Origin: Epiperipatus broadwayi
Lineage: Eukaryota > Animalia > Onychophora
NCBI GenBank assembly: GCA_028023455.1
Contig: JAQFVV010000010.1
Coordinates: 16,678,001-16,742,000, forward strand
DNA length: 64,000 bases
Direction: 5' to 3'
Shown: positions 25,789 through 39,280 of the stretch, in pieces
How positions within the stretch are numbered: position 1 is the stretch's first letter
Layout: every line of letters begins with the position of its first letter
Translations under genes and position numbers: made by a program
Notes under the pieces: model-generated
Told to the model about the DNA's origin: nothing
Seen by the model: the letters and a program-made list of their open reading frames with translations, nothing else
The model's database searches: none

Positions 25789-26611
25789 ATATCTGAACTA
25801 CCATTTGATATTTAATGATTATTCATACCTATATAGATGACTCTAAGGTGACATATTATTGTTTCTGTGGACATGAAATGCATATTTACAGAATGGGATG
25901 CTTTATTTTGGTGTCATTTTTGCTCCTCCCCACCCCCTCCCTGCCCAAAGTCAAATTTTAAAAGCACAGTGTGCTGTTGAATTATTAGTTTGAATGGTAT
26001 AATAGAAATAAAGTGATTAATATGAAAGAATATTAGCAACCCAATGTTCCTCTCTGGAAAAAAAGAGTACAGAAAGTAATTTTGGGATATGGTTGGAGTA
26101 TCATCTGGTGCCTATTAGTTATGCTTTAATTAGCTGGCTTTAGAGAACAATGGATACATACTTTGGACAATCAAGAAACAGTTTACTACATAAAATTCAA
26201 AATGAGAATTTAAATATTTTCATAACTACTATATTCTTACAGACTTAAATGTGTTCTCTGCCAGAAAGCAAATAGAAAACAAGGGATTTTATGTCTGAAA
26301 AATATTCACTGATAAAAGTTTAGCATTGCTTGCCTCCTCAATAACAAAAATTATTTTAGCACCTCAATATTATAAAATAGGGTTGTAGTATTATGGACAA
26401 AGCCGCCGCTCGATGATGGCGCCGTTATCACGCCAAAATAATAAAATTTATAAAGTAATACAAATAACATCAATATTTTATATTTATTCTACGCTATTAA
26501 TAAGTGATTTATTTTCAGCAAAAACATAATATTTTTTTAACAATTGAGATTTTTAATTCCATTTGAAATTAACATTTTTAATTCTCTGATTTAATCTTAT
26601 ATTTACCTGTA

Positions 26612-26742
26612 TTAAAAACAGGCAAAACTCTCCATACAGTAGCGCCATTTAGTGCAAGCCAGAGTAATCAATGGATGCCAGAAGGTTTGTGCATAAAATC
26701 CCTATCTAGGGTCTACTGTATGGAAAGTTTTGCCTGTTTTAA
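26612..26742. repeat. Hairpin element (30-bp arms, ~70-nt loop); left arm and loop also present at 16668-16757
   Basis: 'ttaaaaacaggcaaaactctccatacagtag' pairs with 'ctactgtatggaaagttttgcctgttttaa'. The loop 'cgcca...tgcaagccag.gtaatcaatggatgc.agaaggtttgtgcataaaatccctat' recurs at 16690-16753. Confidence 0.85.
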
Positions 26743-29223
26743 TAACAGTTATGAGCAAGCATAAGAAATGGTAATCATGTGATATATTAACTTTACTGAA
26801 AAATACAATTGTTTTAAATAAAATAAATCCTTCAGAGATCATCCTGATTCACATATTTTAAGACTCTGAACTTACCTGATGCCGGTAGAATATCTTAATT
26901 TTCTTGGGGCTGATATTTCTTTCTATGCAATCATCTGCAACATATTTTTGTTTTAATATTAACTTGATTTCATACTTTTGATGGGAATTTGAAGTGTAAA
27001 ATGAAATATAGTTCTAACAAATATTAATTACATTATCATGAAATGTATTTTATCAGGTTATGTTCAACCGATATTATTTCAATATACATTTTTTTTTCCA
27101 TTATGTTTAAATTCCAGTATCGCTAATGTTAAATTCATTTCTTATCCAGGAGTTTGATATTGACATGAAGATTATTAATAATTTTATTAAAGATTTATAA
27201 TTTACTACCGTATCTTATTTGATTTTAATAAAATTATCAGATTTACCCAGATTACAAACAAAATAAAACTGTCAATGGTAGTTGAAAAGTAACGACACAA
27301 AAGAATTTGGTGTAATTGGGTAGCTCCTTTGGAGCTTTTTTTTTAAGAAAGGAAATGTGAAGTAAGTATTACATAATCATTAATGTTTTCTGATGATTAT
27401 TAATGCATATCTATATAGAAAAAATTTGCTCTTTTTTTAACTAAAAACTTTTAATTCATTTTACATTTACAACAGATAATTCTACAATTCATTGAGATCA
27501 TTCGACACTGCAATAAAAATTACAAATAAAGAAATTGCAGTAAAATCTTTAATATGGTAGATGAGAACTGACCAATGCTTAAAACTATTCAAAAGTTTTT
27601 TTTTTTTTTTAAATCTAACGTTTCAAGAAACAAATTACATGTGTTTATATATGTGTTAAAATAAAGATTTTCACAGGCAAAAGATATGAATAAAGTTTTT
27701 GAGGTTTCCTATAAATGTGGCCAGATCTCACCTGCTAAGATCAGGCTATGAATTACCCGGGTAGACAGATGAGATCTGTCTGAAATGTTTATACAAATAA
27801 GCAAGCATATAAATAGGAAAAGCTCAAAACTTCATTCACGCACATATACATATAAATACACATCACTGAAAAGTTTGAAAATAATTTATATTTCAAAAAC
27901 TTAATTCTGAGATTCATAGCATTTGCGATTTCAATATTTAAAATATGAGTGCATGTATGAGTTTCATTTATTTACAATTATATATTATAAAGTAGTTACT
28001 TCTGAGATTATTAGAAATTGTTTTTCAATTATTTTGGAAAACTTACCATTATGTAAGCATATATACGTGCAATATATGCATACAATTAAGTACTTAGATT
28101 CCGAGATTTTTTTACTTAATTGAAATTTCAATACTTAAAATTAGTTGGAAAAGGATTATATAGATAATTCTAGAGTAATGAAAATGGGATTACTGCTGTA
28201 AAAATGTGATGAGTATCTTTTATTTATATATGAAGTATATACTTCTGAAATTATTAGTAAATGTGATTTCAATAATTATAAACTAATTTGAAGAAGTGTT
28301 ATGTGTACAGGACATGAGATTTTTAGATGTTGCATTATGTGGCTTCTTCCTGTGGGTTTTGTAAAAGGTATAGACTATGAACTATCTATCCAAAATTTGT
28401 AAGAAACAATTCATTAAATAAAGATAAATCAATTGGAGTAAGGACATAAAAGTTAAACTGTCATTTAGATCTAAGCTTCGTAATATGAGGGACCTTCAAT
28501 GAAGTATTCTAAATTAAGAGATTTAATTGGACAGTTTAGTTTGTTTTTGTGCAAACTATATAATTAAGAATTCAATAACAATATTTAAACGCATCTACAG
28601 TTCCAATACTCTTGCTAAATAATCCTATTTATCAACTATTTTATTCTGAGATTCTTCGCAACTGTGATTTCAATTGTAACAAAATTATCTCATTGATTAT
28701 TATATATATATATACATCTAGTTTAAATCTAATAGATTCAATGAAATTGAATACTTGAAGAATTGTAGAAAATACGAATGTGTATTAATAAAATACTTAC
28801 AAATATAGTGCAGTATTTATAATTAAAGAATTTAATTGGTCAACATGCTTTAAATAATTTAAAGAAGAATTGGGACTAACATTCTCACTTTAAATTGACT
28901 CTTTTTAAAAACTCATAAACAAGTGAGAATAATTACTCATTAAAGTTTTTTTTTGGCAAATAAATACAATTTATTTATTATTGCAATATTTGTGCTGACA
29001 TGAGGAATAAATACTTTTTTATAATAAAAAATATTTAATCTGAAAATATTTATATATACATTTATCAATTTTACTAAAACGATTTTGAATTATTTAGAAA
29101 TCGAAATCTTATATAATTAAAAAGATGCTATATATCAGTTAAGTTTATAAAGATGTATTGTGTATGCATGCTTGTGTTTAAATATATGTATACTAGTATG
29201 GAAAATGAATCCACTCCCTAGAC

Positions 29224-29591
29224 CAGGGATCCCCAACCCTATGCCCGTGGGCACCATGGCGCCCGCAGACCATTTTACGTGTGCCCGCCACTATCAGAAC
29301 ACGATAAAAAATTATTTATCTGATACAAATAAATTTAATTTTTAAATTTTATTATAAATTATTGTATTATATTGTAATCAAATTGTAGGGCATACTATAC
29401 TTTTACAGCGTAAAAATATAAACGTTAATTATATGTTAAAATTTTATTTTTCAAATAAATATTTTTTTGTACATTACATGTATTATTAACAATATTCAGC
29501 TATAAATTTACATTGAAAAAATAAATGTTGCCCGCCACCTGGCCGGTATTATAGAATGTGCTCTTAAGTGCAAAAAGGTTGGGGACCCCTG
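29224..29591. mobile_element. hAT-superfamily MITE (Charlie-like), 368 bp
   Basis: TIRs are CAGGGATCCCCAACC and GGTTGGGGACCCCTG (14/15), with a perfect 8-bp TSD CCCTAGAC at 29216-29223 and 29592-29599. Confidence 0.92.
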
Positions 29592-30477
29592 CCCTAGACA
29601 ATATGAATTTAATGAGTTCTAAAGTATATATGTTTATTATTATTTCATCTAAGATCACGAAAGTTTTTCAAATTTATTTTTTGTATACAGGTATGTATAT
29701 ATATACATATATGTATTTATAGTTATATATAATAGTTTTTAAAGTAAATCTATACAAACTGTTGACGGAATTTAAAATTTTATCTTTACCATCTCATGAG
29801 AAAATTTTCTCAATGTTAGTGGAATAAAAATTAATCAAGTTTTTTGAAAATTAAAATTATCAAATTTATTACAAATTATATATATTTTATAATTAATCCC
29901 ACAAAAACTTTCTCTAAAGCTAAACAAATAATTATAAGATATTATTATAAGAACCGACCCATGAAAACCATATCCTTTCGATTTCATAAAATATTGCAGT
30001 TTTTTAAGAAATTCGTTAATAAATTCTTTAGTTAGAAATAATTGAAGATAATTTTTTTTAGTCAGATGTTTTTTCTTATATAAGTATACCTTATCCTGCA
30101 ATATCTATTCTTTCATTTTTTCCTCCATATATAAATACACACACACATTCATATGTATCTACACATTTTTGTATATATATATTTAAAATACTTTAAATAT
30201 TTGAAATCACAATGTAACTAAACTTCTTCACAATATAAATGTCACATGATAATTATCAGAAATCTGATTTGAGTTGATTAACCAATCAAAATATTGCTTC
30301 CACAGCAATCTAATAATTTTACTACCCAGTTAGTTATTTATATTCATCTGTAAAACATTTTATAATAAAAAAAATTTCTAGTTCTCGTCATTGTTTTAAA
30401 TCGTAATTAATTAATATCAATGGGAGCATTTTTAATTCAAAATAGTTTTTTATTATTTGAAGATAAATTATTTTAAT

Positions 30478-31037
30478 TCAAATTGGATGAAATTTTTTAA
30501 AAGTTTCTGTATCCTGAGGAGAATAAGGCCGTTTTACACCATGATAATATTCTGATAAATTATATTCAATAGCTGGCGATACCTCACTTTGAATACCAGT
30601 GGGTTTTAGAGGTTCAATGACAGATGCAGAGGACACAATTGGTCGCTGTCTGGAAGAAAATAATGTTTCAGATCCAGTCCTATTTGCAGCACATTCCTCA
30701 CGGCATCTACTCAATTCGGCCATAACATCAGCAAATTTTTGATCATACTCCAAAAGTTTCCGATTAATTTCATTTAATTTGCGCTCAGTAATAGAGATTT
30801 TAGAATTCTGTTCATTAAGAAGGCGGTTCTGTTCCAAAATCTTTTTGTCCTGTTCTAATACTTTCTTTTTTTGTTCTAGTATCATGGTTTTGCTATCAAT
30901 GACTTCTTTTTTACACGATATAATGGTGGAAGTACAATTTTTTAACTGTTGTTGAAGCTTAGCATGATCCTGCCGCAATATAGGTGGTAATCTTGAAACA
31001 TATCGAGAAGTTACACTTGACATAAGACTTGTTGCAC
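30478..31037 (-). CDS. FBXO28: F-box only protein 28, terminal coding exon (coiled coil and basic C-terminus)
   Basis: T-rich AG acceptor at 31039-31038, phase 1 matching the upstream exon. AKLQQQLK...EQKKKVLEQDKKILEQNRLLNEQNSKISITERKLNE aligns with the FBXO28 coiled coil (TKLQQQVK...EQQKQLQDQDQKLLEQ...LERKL). Confidence 0.85.
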
Positions 31038-32754
31038 CTAAAAAAAAAATTATATATAAGTGAAAATATAGACTTGTGAATACATCCACTTAAACACACA
31101 ATGCTACATTTATATAAATATACTTGGAAATAATAATAATTACACAAGAAAAATCTTATATCTAAAAATATTGGCTAATCTTCAATGAAATTGAATTAAT
31201 TTCATACAGTTAATTTCAGATAATATTAAATTCAAAAATATCAATGAGGAAAATAATGAAAATGGAAAAATCAAAATAAAATTTTGACAATATTCAAAAT
31301 AAAGCTATAGCCATTTTGGAACATTATAATAGTAATTAATATTGAAGTCTTAATCCAGAAATACAAAAAGTACGTTTTTTTTTTTTTTTAAAAAAAAGGT
31401 AACAACAAAAATAATGTTTTAAATTAAAAACTTTATGATTAGTATCATGTATTCAATATCCACAGTCACTGGGAACTCCTGGATCAACCATCTATCCCAT
31501 CAATCTAATCATCATTCAATTTCAGAGTACTATTGTCTTCATTTGCTGATTCAGGCTTAATATTAATATCTCTAATAACTAGTTTTACCTTCCCTATCAT
31601 AAATATAATCATAAATATATACTATAAGGCTCCCAACAAGTACTGTAGGTGCAGTGATATGTATTCTTCTTGCCTTAAGATTCCGAGAGTTTGAAGAATC
31701 TAGCAACATTTCTCATTGCTAAAAAATAATTGTAAATCATGAACTCAGCACGCCTAGAATATATCTTCATTAATATTGAAGACTGCATTGTACGATAATT
31801 TAATTGATACTCATTTGACCAATCCAGATTAACAGAGAACTTAAGCCATCAGTCAAAAAGTTAGTTTTTATTGGTTAATAACTGAATGCTAGCTGGGTTA
31901 ATGACAGGCCAAACATTAAGAAAAAAAATCTTAGACGTACACTTGCAAATTCTCAATTACCTAGAAAAAAAAACTTCCACTTTAAACCCATTACTTAATA
32001 CAGAGGTATTCAATCATTTACTGTTGATATACCTTCAAATATAATTCATCTTAAATTATATACTTCCATGATTATTGGTGCATAATTCCAAGTACTCAAA
32101 TTATATGTATACAAATAAAACAATAGAAATTTAAGACAAAATAAAAAACTCATTTACTGATCAATAACTGAATGACTAACATAGATTACCAATGAAGCAA
32201 CTATATACCCCCCCCCCCTCCTGATAACTGAAAAATTTAATATTCAAGAATCTAAGAGTCCCGGTTCGATTTCCATGCTAGTACTGTCATTAGTCAGGCC
32301 AGCAACAGCTGAAGAAGAAAGAATATCTCTTGAAACATTGTGTATGATTACTAACAGTTGAATGTAATTGGAAAAAGTTTAATTTTTCTAAAGACATTCA
32401 ATACTTAATAGTCCAATACATAAATACAAAGTGTCTAGTACATCCTCATTGTATTACAGGAATACTTTTTAATAAGATCAACTGTTTCTAAATTAAAAAA
32501 TAAAATTCTAAGAATGCTATAAAATTTACAAGAAAATGATTGTTTTATTTAAAAAAAATAACTTTTGATCAAATTTGTTAAATCTTTACTACTTATTTAA
32601 AAATTTAATGCATTTTTTTGTGATGAAAATGTTAATTTATAATATTTTTTAAAATATATATTAAAAGTTCCTTTATTTTCAAAACAAAGTTTCTTAAATA
32701 TACTACACAAATATTTTTATTAAAAATGTCTATATTGTTAATAATTTTTTTTTA

Positions 32755-32966
32755 ATCCAATTTATCCAAACAACTTTGAACACTTTTAGCAAAACACTTT
32801 TTAACATATGCACCTACATTTCAACTGTCCTGCAGTCTTCTTCAGAGACAGTTTACTTTAATCTTTAAGACTGCAGGACAGTCGAAATGCAGGTGTATGT
32901 GTATATATGTACAATAAAAAGTTTTTTGCTAAAAAGTGTTCTAAGTGGCATGGATAAATTGGATTT
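32755..32966. repeat. Fold-back repeat whose arms each carry a degenerate hammerhead-like unit
   Basis: Arms 32755-32837 and 32869-32966 ('aatccaatttatcca' with 'tggataaattggatt'; 'tttcaactgtcctgcagtc' with 'gactgcaggacagtcgaaa'). The minus arm reads CTGAAGA-A-GACTG-CAGGA-CAGTT-GAAA. Confidence 0.75.
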
Positions 32967-34959
32967 ATATAAGATATTATAGCAAAAATAAAAGGGTGAT
33001 ACTGGTAATTTTTTTTAATACTTGTTTTTAATTTATAAACACTATCAGTTTCTTTTCATGACAAGATCAATGTTATTTAAATTAACATGTACAAATTGGA
33101 TAGTACTGCAATAAAAAAAAAAGTGAAGGGTTTATATGAAATAGTAAATTTATAATTTTTTATTCTGTTGTATGAATATATATATATATTCATGATTTTT
33201 TTTTTTTAATCAAGAATAATTATGAATCCATATTACTGTGTTATATTCCTATTGATCTAAACATCGTCTGAATAAGTAAACAGACTGGAATAATTATGCA
33301 TAAAAGTTATATTTGTAACAGCTTTTTAAAAAACAATAAAATAGTGATGGATGTTATTTTAATAATGATCATTATGGTGAAGTAGTGAGTATAATTTTTC
33401 ATATCCACAAAAAAGTGTATATAAAAAGATAAATAACACAGCATTTACTTTTATATTTCTTTTAAACTTTATTTTCCAAATAACTTTTTCACTTCAAGTT
33501 TTGGGTGCTTTTTTTTGCTGAAATAAATTATAGATTGTGGAGTCTAAATATATATATAAAACTAGTTCACCCATCAATAACACTGTTATGATTCATCATT
33601 ACATAAAGATTTCTATGCCGATATCCGTCAAGACATGATAAGAGCAAATCTTGCACTAACATGGTTTAAATAATATGTTTATCTGATCTAAATGCAGAGA
33701 GATGAGAACTATTTTTTAAATAATTGATCATCTAGACAGTTATTATCTGGAACAGTTTTAGGATTTTTTTTGTTAAATTGATATAGCCATTTTTCAAATA
33801 TATGACTGTATTTTTTATAATTCTAATACAGCCCGAGAAATTTCATATGTTGGCAATGAAACCAATACTGCTTTAATCTGTATCATTATTGAATTTAATT
33901 TGGCATGGAATTACTTAATTCTATGGATTCATCAGTTCTACTTAATCATAAAACTGTTACTCTAGAATATGAAGATATGTAAAAGTAAGTAATCAAGATT
34001 TTTATACAATCTATGCATTAGTATTTATTTGACTGATTTGTTGGAAAATCTTTTTGCCTAAAACAATTATGACAAGTCCATGATTTACTTTAATAAATGA
34101 TCCTCTTCCTCTGCCAAATTTTAATCCCACAAATGCATTTTATATTTTGCTGATCAATGAAGGCGAGTGTACAACTTTATACTTGGGGTGATAATTTAGT
34201 AAAATTTATCATAGGTTCTTTTCAAGCAAATAAGCATTTCAAAAACTGTTATCATCCTTTTTTAGGATTGGTCTACAAAAGGTTTTGAAAAATGACTAGT
34301 AATGATCTCCTGTAGAATTAATTAAAAATAGCTGTTAAATGATGTGAATTATAATTATCATACAAGTATATAAATTAATGAGTGGTGAAATAAATTTCTA
34401 ATCACAATTTACTTAAAACATTTTTAAATAAGACATTTATTTTATATAGCGCGATTTTTTTTTTTTTTTTTATAAACTGTAATATTAATAAGCGAGGAAG
34501 CTAATGCACATGTGCTTTGTAGATTTAACTATATAAATGAATACTCTCACTTTCCAAACAACAAGATAAAGTCTTTGTGAAAAGATAGGATGAATCCTCT
34601 ATCTTTTCGACCCAAATGTTTATGTATGGGCAAATCTTAAGTATTTGGAAATGAGAGCGTGAAGATGTTAATCAATCACTTTAAATTACTTTTTACTATG
34701 CCTGAATGAATAATGCTGGCGAAATTTCTAGAATTTACGATACATCATTCTTATTAAATTAAACATGTGTAAATAAGACATTTTTATATTTTCTTAGCGA
34801 AAATACAAAATAGACATTTAATCAAATTTTAGATTACATATTTTTTAAATTTTATAAAAGATTTATTAAGGAAGGAATTTCAATACAATATCAGAATATT
34901 TATAAATATTATTTTATTTTATTTATTGAAAAATATTATAATTTTTTTAATGTTGAAAT

Positions 34960-36100
34960 AATGATGAAGTTGTATTGTTTCATTGGCATGTGTCTCCTAT
35001 GCTATCTTTTTATTTCATGCTCTGTACAACATGATGACTCATCATATGGGCTACTGTAATAAAAGGATAAGAAATGCATGTGGATATGCATACAATAACA
35101 AGATTATTTTGATTTTTATGGAGCTCATAAATTATAAATGATTGCAAGTTCAGGTGGTCAATCTTATTATTATTCTTGCTTCAGTTACCTTGTTGAAATA
35201 AAGATCTCAATATCAAGCTATTAAAGATATCCTATATCAATCTTTTCTGTAAGAGATCCGTTAACTTTAAATATATATTCTGATTCATATTTAATAAACA
35301 TCTTTCCTTCGAATCTATATCTTTTTTCTTTAATATAATGTAACAAATACTTAATTCCTTTATAAATGCCTTTTTAAAATCAATAAAACTACGGAACTCT
35401 TTTCCCATTTCTATATATTTCTCAACAATAGTTCTCCAACCATCCAAACTGTTTTCATTGTACATAATGCTTTTGTGACATTTTTCTTCATTATGAAATG
35501 AAGCATAATCAAATCTCCAAATTCTTTTTCTTTATAACTTTTAATAATTTTACTGGAATTATAAGAAATGTTCAGATAGGAACACATCCAATCTATATGA
35601 AAACTATCTAATCAACATTTGAAAAAGCATCTTAGATTTAAGAGAAATTGATTCAATTGGTTTTAAAAAATACTTCATTGGATTAGTGTTTTTTCTAATA
35701 CAATCATAACTGCTGAAAGAAAGTCTATTACTTTCTCTCCTGAGCCATAAGTTATATAAATGTCAATCAATTCTTTCAAACTTTTTTCCATCAAAAACAT
35801 TTAATAATTCTATTGAAATTTCATCAATTGTCTTAAATCCGCCACTTTTCATCCTAGTTAATGCTTTTTCAACTTCATTATGAAATAGAACACATATATA
35901 CTGAACTTTCGATTCATCAGATGTCATTTTTGATATTTCATTATTTTCTTTAATTGATCCCAAACTCAGAGGCATATGTTGTAGAAATATGAATACATCA
36001 TTTTTAAAATTATCACCTTTTTGGTATCAATTTTTGACATTCATAATTCCAACATAATATTTTTTTTGCACAGATAAGGTTTTTAAGGTTAAAAGTAATA
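34960..36100 (-). mobile_element. Degenerate RTE-like reverse transcriptase fragment
   Basis: ORF-track peptides ALTRMKSGGFKTIDEISIELL (cf. AL..MK.GKAPG.D.I..ELL) and SFIDFKKAF (RT motif FIDFxKAFD). Confidence 0.7.
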
Positions 36101-36649
36101 ATATTAACAATCATTTCTTAATTCTCCCTCTTTTAATTTATATAACTGTTGTTGTTGTTTCTTACTTTAAAAAATGTTAATTTCTCCCACAATCTTTTTT
36201 CATTTTGCTGCAAGTGTAAACAAAAATGGAATTTTTGTTTTGTACTCAACTTTCTATTAAAAATCTCAAAAGATTAAAAAAGATTTGCAATTTTCTATTA
36301 AGATTTAATATTTTCAGAGATAACTAAAGCAATAAAATTTGTCATAAGAGAAAAATTATAATTTAAGTCTTTAATGACTATAAATAATTAATAACTCCAA
36401 TTTTTTTAAACATATGTAACCGTTATATTAAAATTATATATGTGCACACACATACATTTTGCAAATAGTAAGTATGAAGTATTTTGAATTATAATATCAG
36501 AATTGTATTTAAAGTCAACATTTTAATTATACTTTACATGTATTAAATTTCAGTGAATAATCATTAAGTTTAAAGATTTAAATCTTATTGTTTTTATATA
36601 TCATCTATTTTCTCTGGCTCGGATCAAGAGTTTACTGTATACAAACTGT

Positions 36650-37760
36650 ACTAGAATATCAATCCTCTCAAACTATTTTTCCTTGTAATACTGAAATCTA
36701 ATCAATTCTTTGAGATTTGCCAATTTTCATCTCAGATGTTTTTACAATTTCATTCTTCACTATGAAATGAAATGCACACACATAATATATGTACTTACGA
36801 ACTTCTCAAAATAAGTTTGGTGAGCATCTGATAAAATATATTAATTACTCAATTTAAATGGCCGTGTTTATTGTCAAACCATATTATTGGAGCTTCTAAT
36901 CTTTAAAACTTTACATAGATTCAATTATAGTTTACAAGAAAGTTAACGATTAGCTTTATTTAAGAATGCAACATCAAGCATTATTTTTAAATAGATTTTA
37001 GATCCAATTTTTCATAAATTTTATAGTTAAGAGAAGAACCAAAGTAAATTAGGGGTTCAGTTTCAAATCTAAAAATTCTTTAATAAGAAAATGCATAGAA
37101 TGCTTTGCCTCATTTGTGCCAATCTGCCCAATTTAAGTCTTTCATTTCCAAACTTCAGTTTTCCAATTAGTGCCTAATCAATCCATTGTAGTAATGTTAT
37201 AAAAATCCTCTACTTGGCTCAACATCTCAAGTTTTTCATCGGAGTTGCTCAAGTTTAAAATTACTGACACTTTTTTAACAAGAAGTTTGTCATTTGAAAA
37301 TGAAGCTTAAACAATTTTTGATTGACAAATGCAACATTAATAATACGTATTTCACATTTCAGTGAAAAATTATGAATCTTATAGATACAAACTAAAACAA
37401 AAAAGATCTTTATTAATGAAAAAAAATTTTATTTTTCAGTGTCCAAGCAATAAAAAGCAAAATTTCCAATCTGTGAATCAACATGATCAAAATGTTGATG
37501 ATTGGTTTTACAAATGCAGTCAAGACATTCATCAAACATTAGATAGTAGTTGACTGTGAAGTAATATTAAATTGTCAAAATATAAGTATAATGTTGATAA
37601 TAAGAAAAACCATTTGCTCTTATTAATATGGTCAACTTCGCTCACTATGAATCTGAACATTACAATTTCAAACTTTATTTTACAAAAAGACTGCTATTGC
37701 ATTTCAAGCTGATTCTGTATTTTCCCAGAGCATATTCAGAAGCTTTTTTATTTCAATAGT
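36650..37760 (-). mobile_element. Possible decayed hAT (ZNF862-like) transposase fragment
   Basis: Minus strand near 37460-37510 gives IINILIMLIHRLEI (cf. C.AHRLEL motif). Otherwise only weak similarity. Confidence 0.25.
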
Positions 37761-38597
37761 TTAATTTGACATCGCTTCCCACTATTTTTCTAGTCAGAAA
37801 TAAATATTCATCTATTCTAATTGGAATACATATGCTTCTCATTTCAAATAATAAATATATGAAGTGGGAAGAGTGACTCATGCAAATTACATATTTCATT
37901 TTTTAAAATAACTGTAACACCCACTTTAAAGCATTATGGCCAGAACATTGTAGGCACCATGTCTGGAAAATAAAAGAATATAAACAACATTCAATCCATA
38001 TGAGCTATACATGAATTGAAATTTGACTTTCTATTCTTAATGTATTTGAACATGTGAAATCTTCAAACACAATACTTTTAATAATTAATAAACGATCACT
38101 TATAATCTTGGAAAAACAAATTTATTTAATCAATTAACATATTCTTGTTAAAGAGCACCGGAGAAGGCATTATTAATAGGCTAGCCAACAGCTGATTATG
38201 GAACTTTTCTTATTTCTCCATTCAAAAATAAACCATTTTACTATCAATACTAGTTGATGAACTAAGTTGGTCATAGACCAGTTAATTGAAAATTTTAAGA
38301 TTACTTAGAAAATTTTCAATTACCTAAAAAATTTTCCAATTTCTGTAGAATCCCATGTCAGAGATATGACTGAGAAACCCATTAAACCTACATCATCAAC
38401 CCTTCAGATTCATGGAGGATAATTTAAGAATGCAACAATTAGTTATCAGTAACAAAATCAAGTCATTAAATTTTATCTTTCAATAAGATACAAGAAATTT
38501 ATGCTGAATCATCTTTTTTTTCTATATTAGTTATTGACACTATCTTACAATGATGCATTGCAACATGTTTAAATAGGAAGTAATAATAATGATGTAC

Positions 38598-38805
38598 CTG
38601 ATACGCCTACATGTCCCCGAGGAGTAATAGTCAATTTCATCTGTCCTGATGCCATTTTTTGTTTTAAATCAGGAACAATTTTTTCATCAAAATGTTCCAT
38701 TGCCATTGAAGAAATATCTCGCAATTCTTGTAAAATTTCATGTGCTCTAGGAGGAGACGGTGTTTTTTCAATACAATGCAAAACTTTATAAATCTCGTCA
38801 ATCAC
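38598..38805 (-). CDS. FBXO28: F-box only protein 28, internal coding exon (VIDEIYKVLHCIEKTPSPPRAHEILQELRDISSMAMEHFDEKIVP...GVS-G)
   Basis: AG at 38807-38806 and GT donor at 38597-38596. It is nearly identical to FBXO28 VIDEIYRVL...RAHEVLQELRDISSMAMEYFDEKIVP. Length is 208 nt, phase 0 to phase 1. Confidence 0.93.
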
Positions 38806-39280
38806 CTAGACATTAAAAACGAGAAGAAAAAAATTACAATCAACAATATGTAATATACGAAATATTATATTCATTATAAAATAACACCAATTTTGAATGA
38901 TTTAGCTAAAGATATTTATTAAAACATGCAAGCGTAAATAATCGATATATTATGTCATAAACGATTTGATTAAAATGTATCAAAGATTATATCATAAATG
39001 TTTTTTTAAATATCTTTGCGATAAACCAGATACCTGATCTTTTATATATATATCCACATAAGGGATAATTGTTTAATAACTACTTTGATATTATTATATA
39101 TTTATTGCGATGATATGAATGATGGGATAACTATGGGGAAGTGATAAGTATCATCATTCCCAAATATCATAATCAATGAGCATGAGATCATCAGCATAGA
39201 ATATAAATAGGGATAACCATGTTTAAATAAGAATAATCAACAGTCATTTCTTGTGATTGGATCTAAAAAAGATACATTAT

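Noticed and set aside
31038-31089. N-terminal part (MDVFTSLYFHLYIIFFL) of the 203-aa ORF as a standalone gene start
   Set aside because: It is intronic: a T-rich tract and AG at 31039-31038 precede the FBXO28-homologous sequence, and the phase matches the upstream exon.
32255-32275. GTCCCGGTTCGATTTCC B-box as a tRNA or SINE head (also a weak tRNA-like stretch at 7140-7200)
   Set aside because: There is no A-box or cloverleaf at the right spacing, so it is too degenerate to call.
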